IMG/VR virus record: IMGVR_UViG_3300029121_000098
Length of the DNA stretch: 5,860 nucleotides
Direction: 5' to 3' (one strand)
Source of the DNA: a virus
Lineage: Duplodnaviria > Heunggongvirae > Uroviricota > Caudoviricetes
Below the pieces are notes generated by a model. That model was not told the origin of the DNA and ran no database searches. It saw only the letters and a program-made list of their open reading frames with translations. A program made the translations under genes and the position numbers. Below are positions 5,717 through 5,860 of this stretch, in pieces. The first letter of the stretch is position 1, and each line of letters begins with the position of its first letter.

Positions 5717-5860
5717 ATTGCATCGTCTCCAGCATATATATCAATTAAGGCTCTGATTGATGTGTCTGGAAGCCTACACATAATAACTGGATTTGCCCCT
5801 ATATTTCCAGACATCTGTTATCACTTAACCCATTACAAGCCCGCTGCCGCAGATATTCCC

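Noticed and set aside
1-5860. CRISPR array, insertion sequence or transposase
   Set aside because: No regularly spaced direct repeats, no terminal inverted repeats flanking an ORF, and no transposase-like translation were seen.

Overview
This window reads as the late-regulatory end of a lambdoid (Qin-like) prophage from an enterobacterium, with every supported gene on the + strand. In order: a Hok-family type I toxin (hokD-like, 2..157), Rem (374..625), a 92-aa hypothetical ORF (692..970) coupled to a YdfU-like protein (972..2021), a RusA-like Holliday-junction resolvase (2034..2408), a lambda-type antiterminator Q (2405..3226), a pR'-like late promoter with a tR' terminator (3232..3332), and two phage tRNAs: Ile2 with anticodon CAT (3370..3445) and Arg with anticodon UCU (3529..3605). 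Downstream, where Stx phages carry stxAB, no Shiga toxin is present. Instead there is a more AT-rich cargo region holding a weakly supported 117-aa ORF and two tandem, paralogous lipoprotein genes (4593..5021 and 5172..5567). The C-terminal domains of both lipoproteins closely resemble TolA domain III, as recalled from memory; the first even ends in the same ...LDFKP. I consider these candidate TolA-III mimics, possibly acting in superinfection exclusion, colicin tolerance or Tol-Pal modulation, the most interesting content of the window. All homology statements rest on my recollection of protein families and on motifs visible in the translations; no database search was run.
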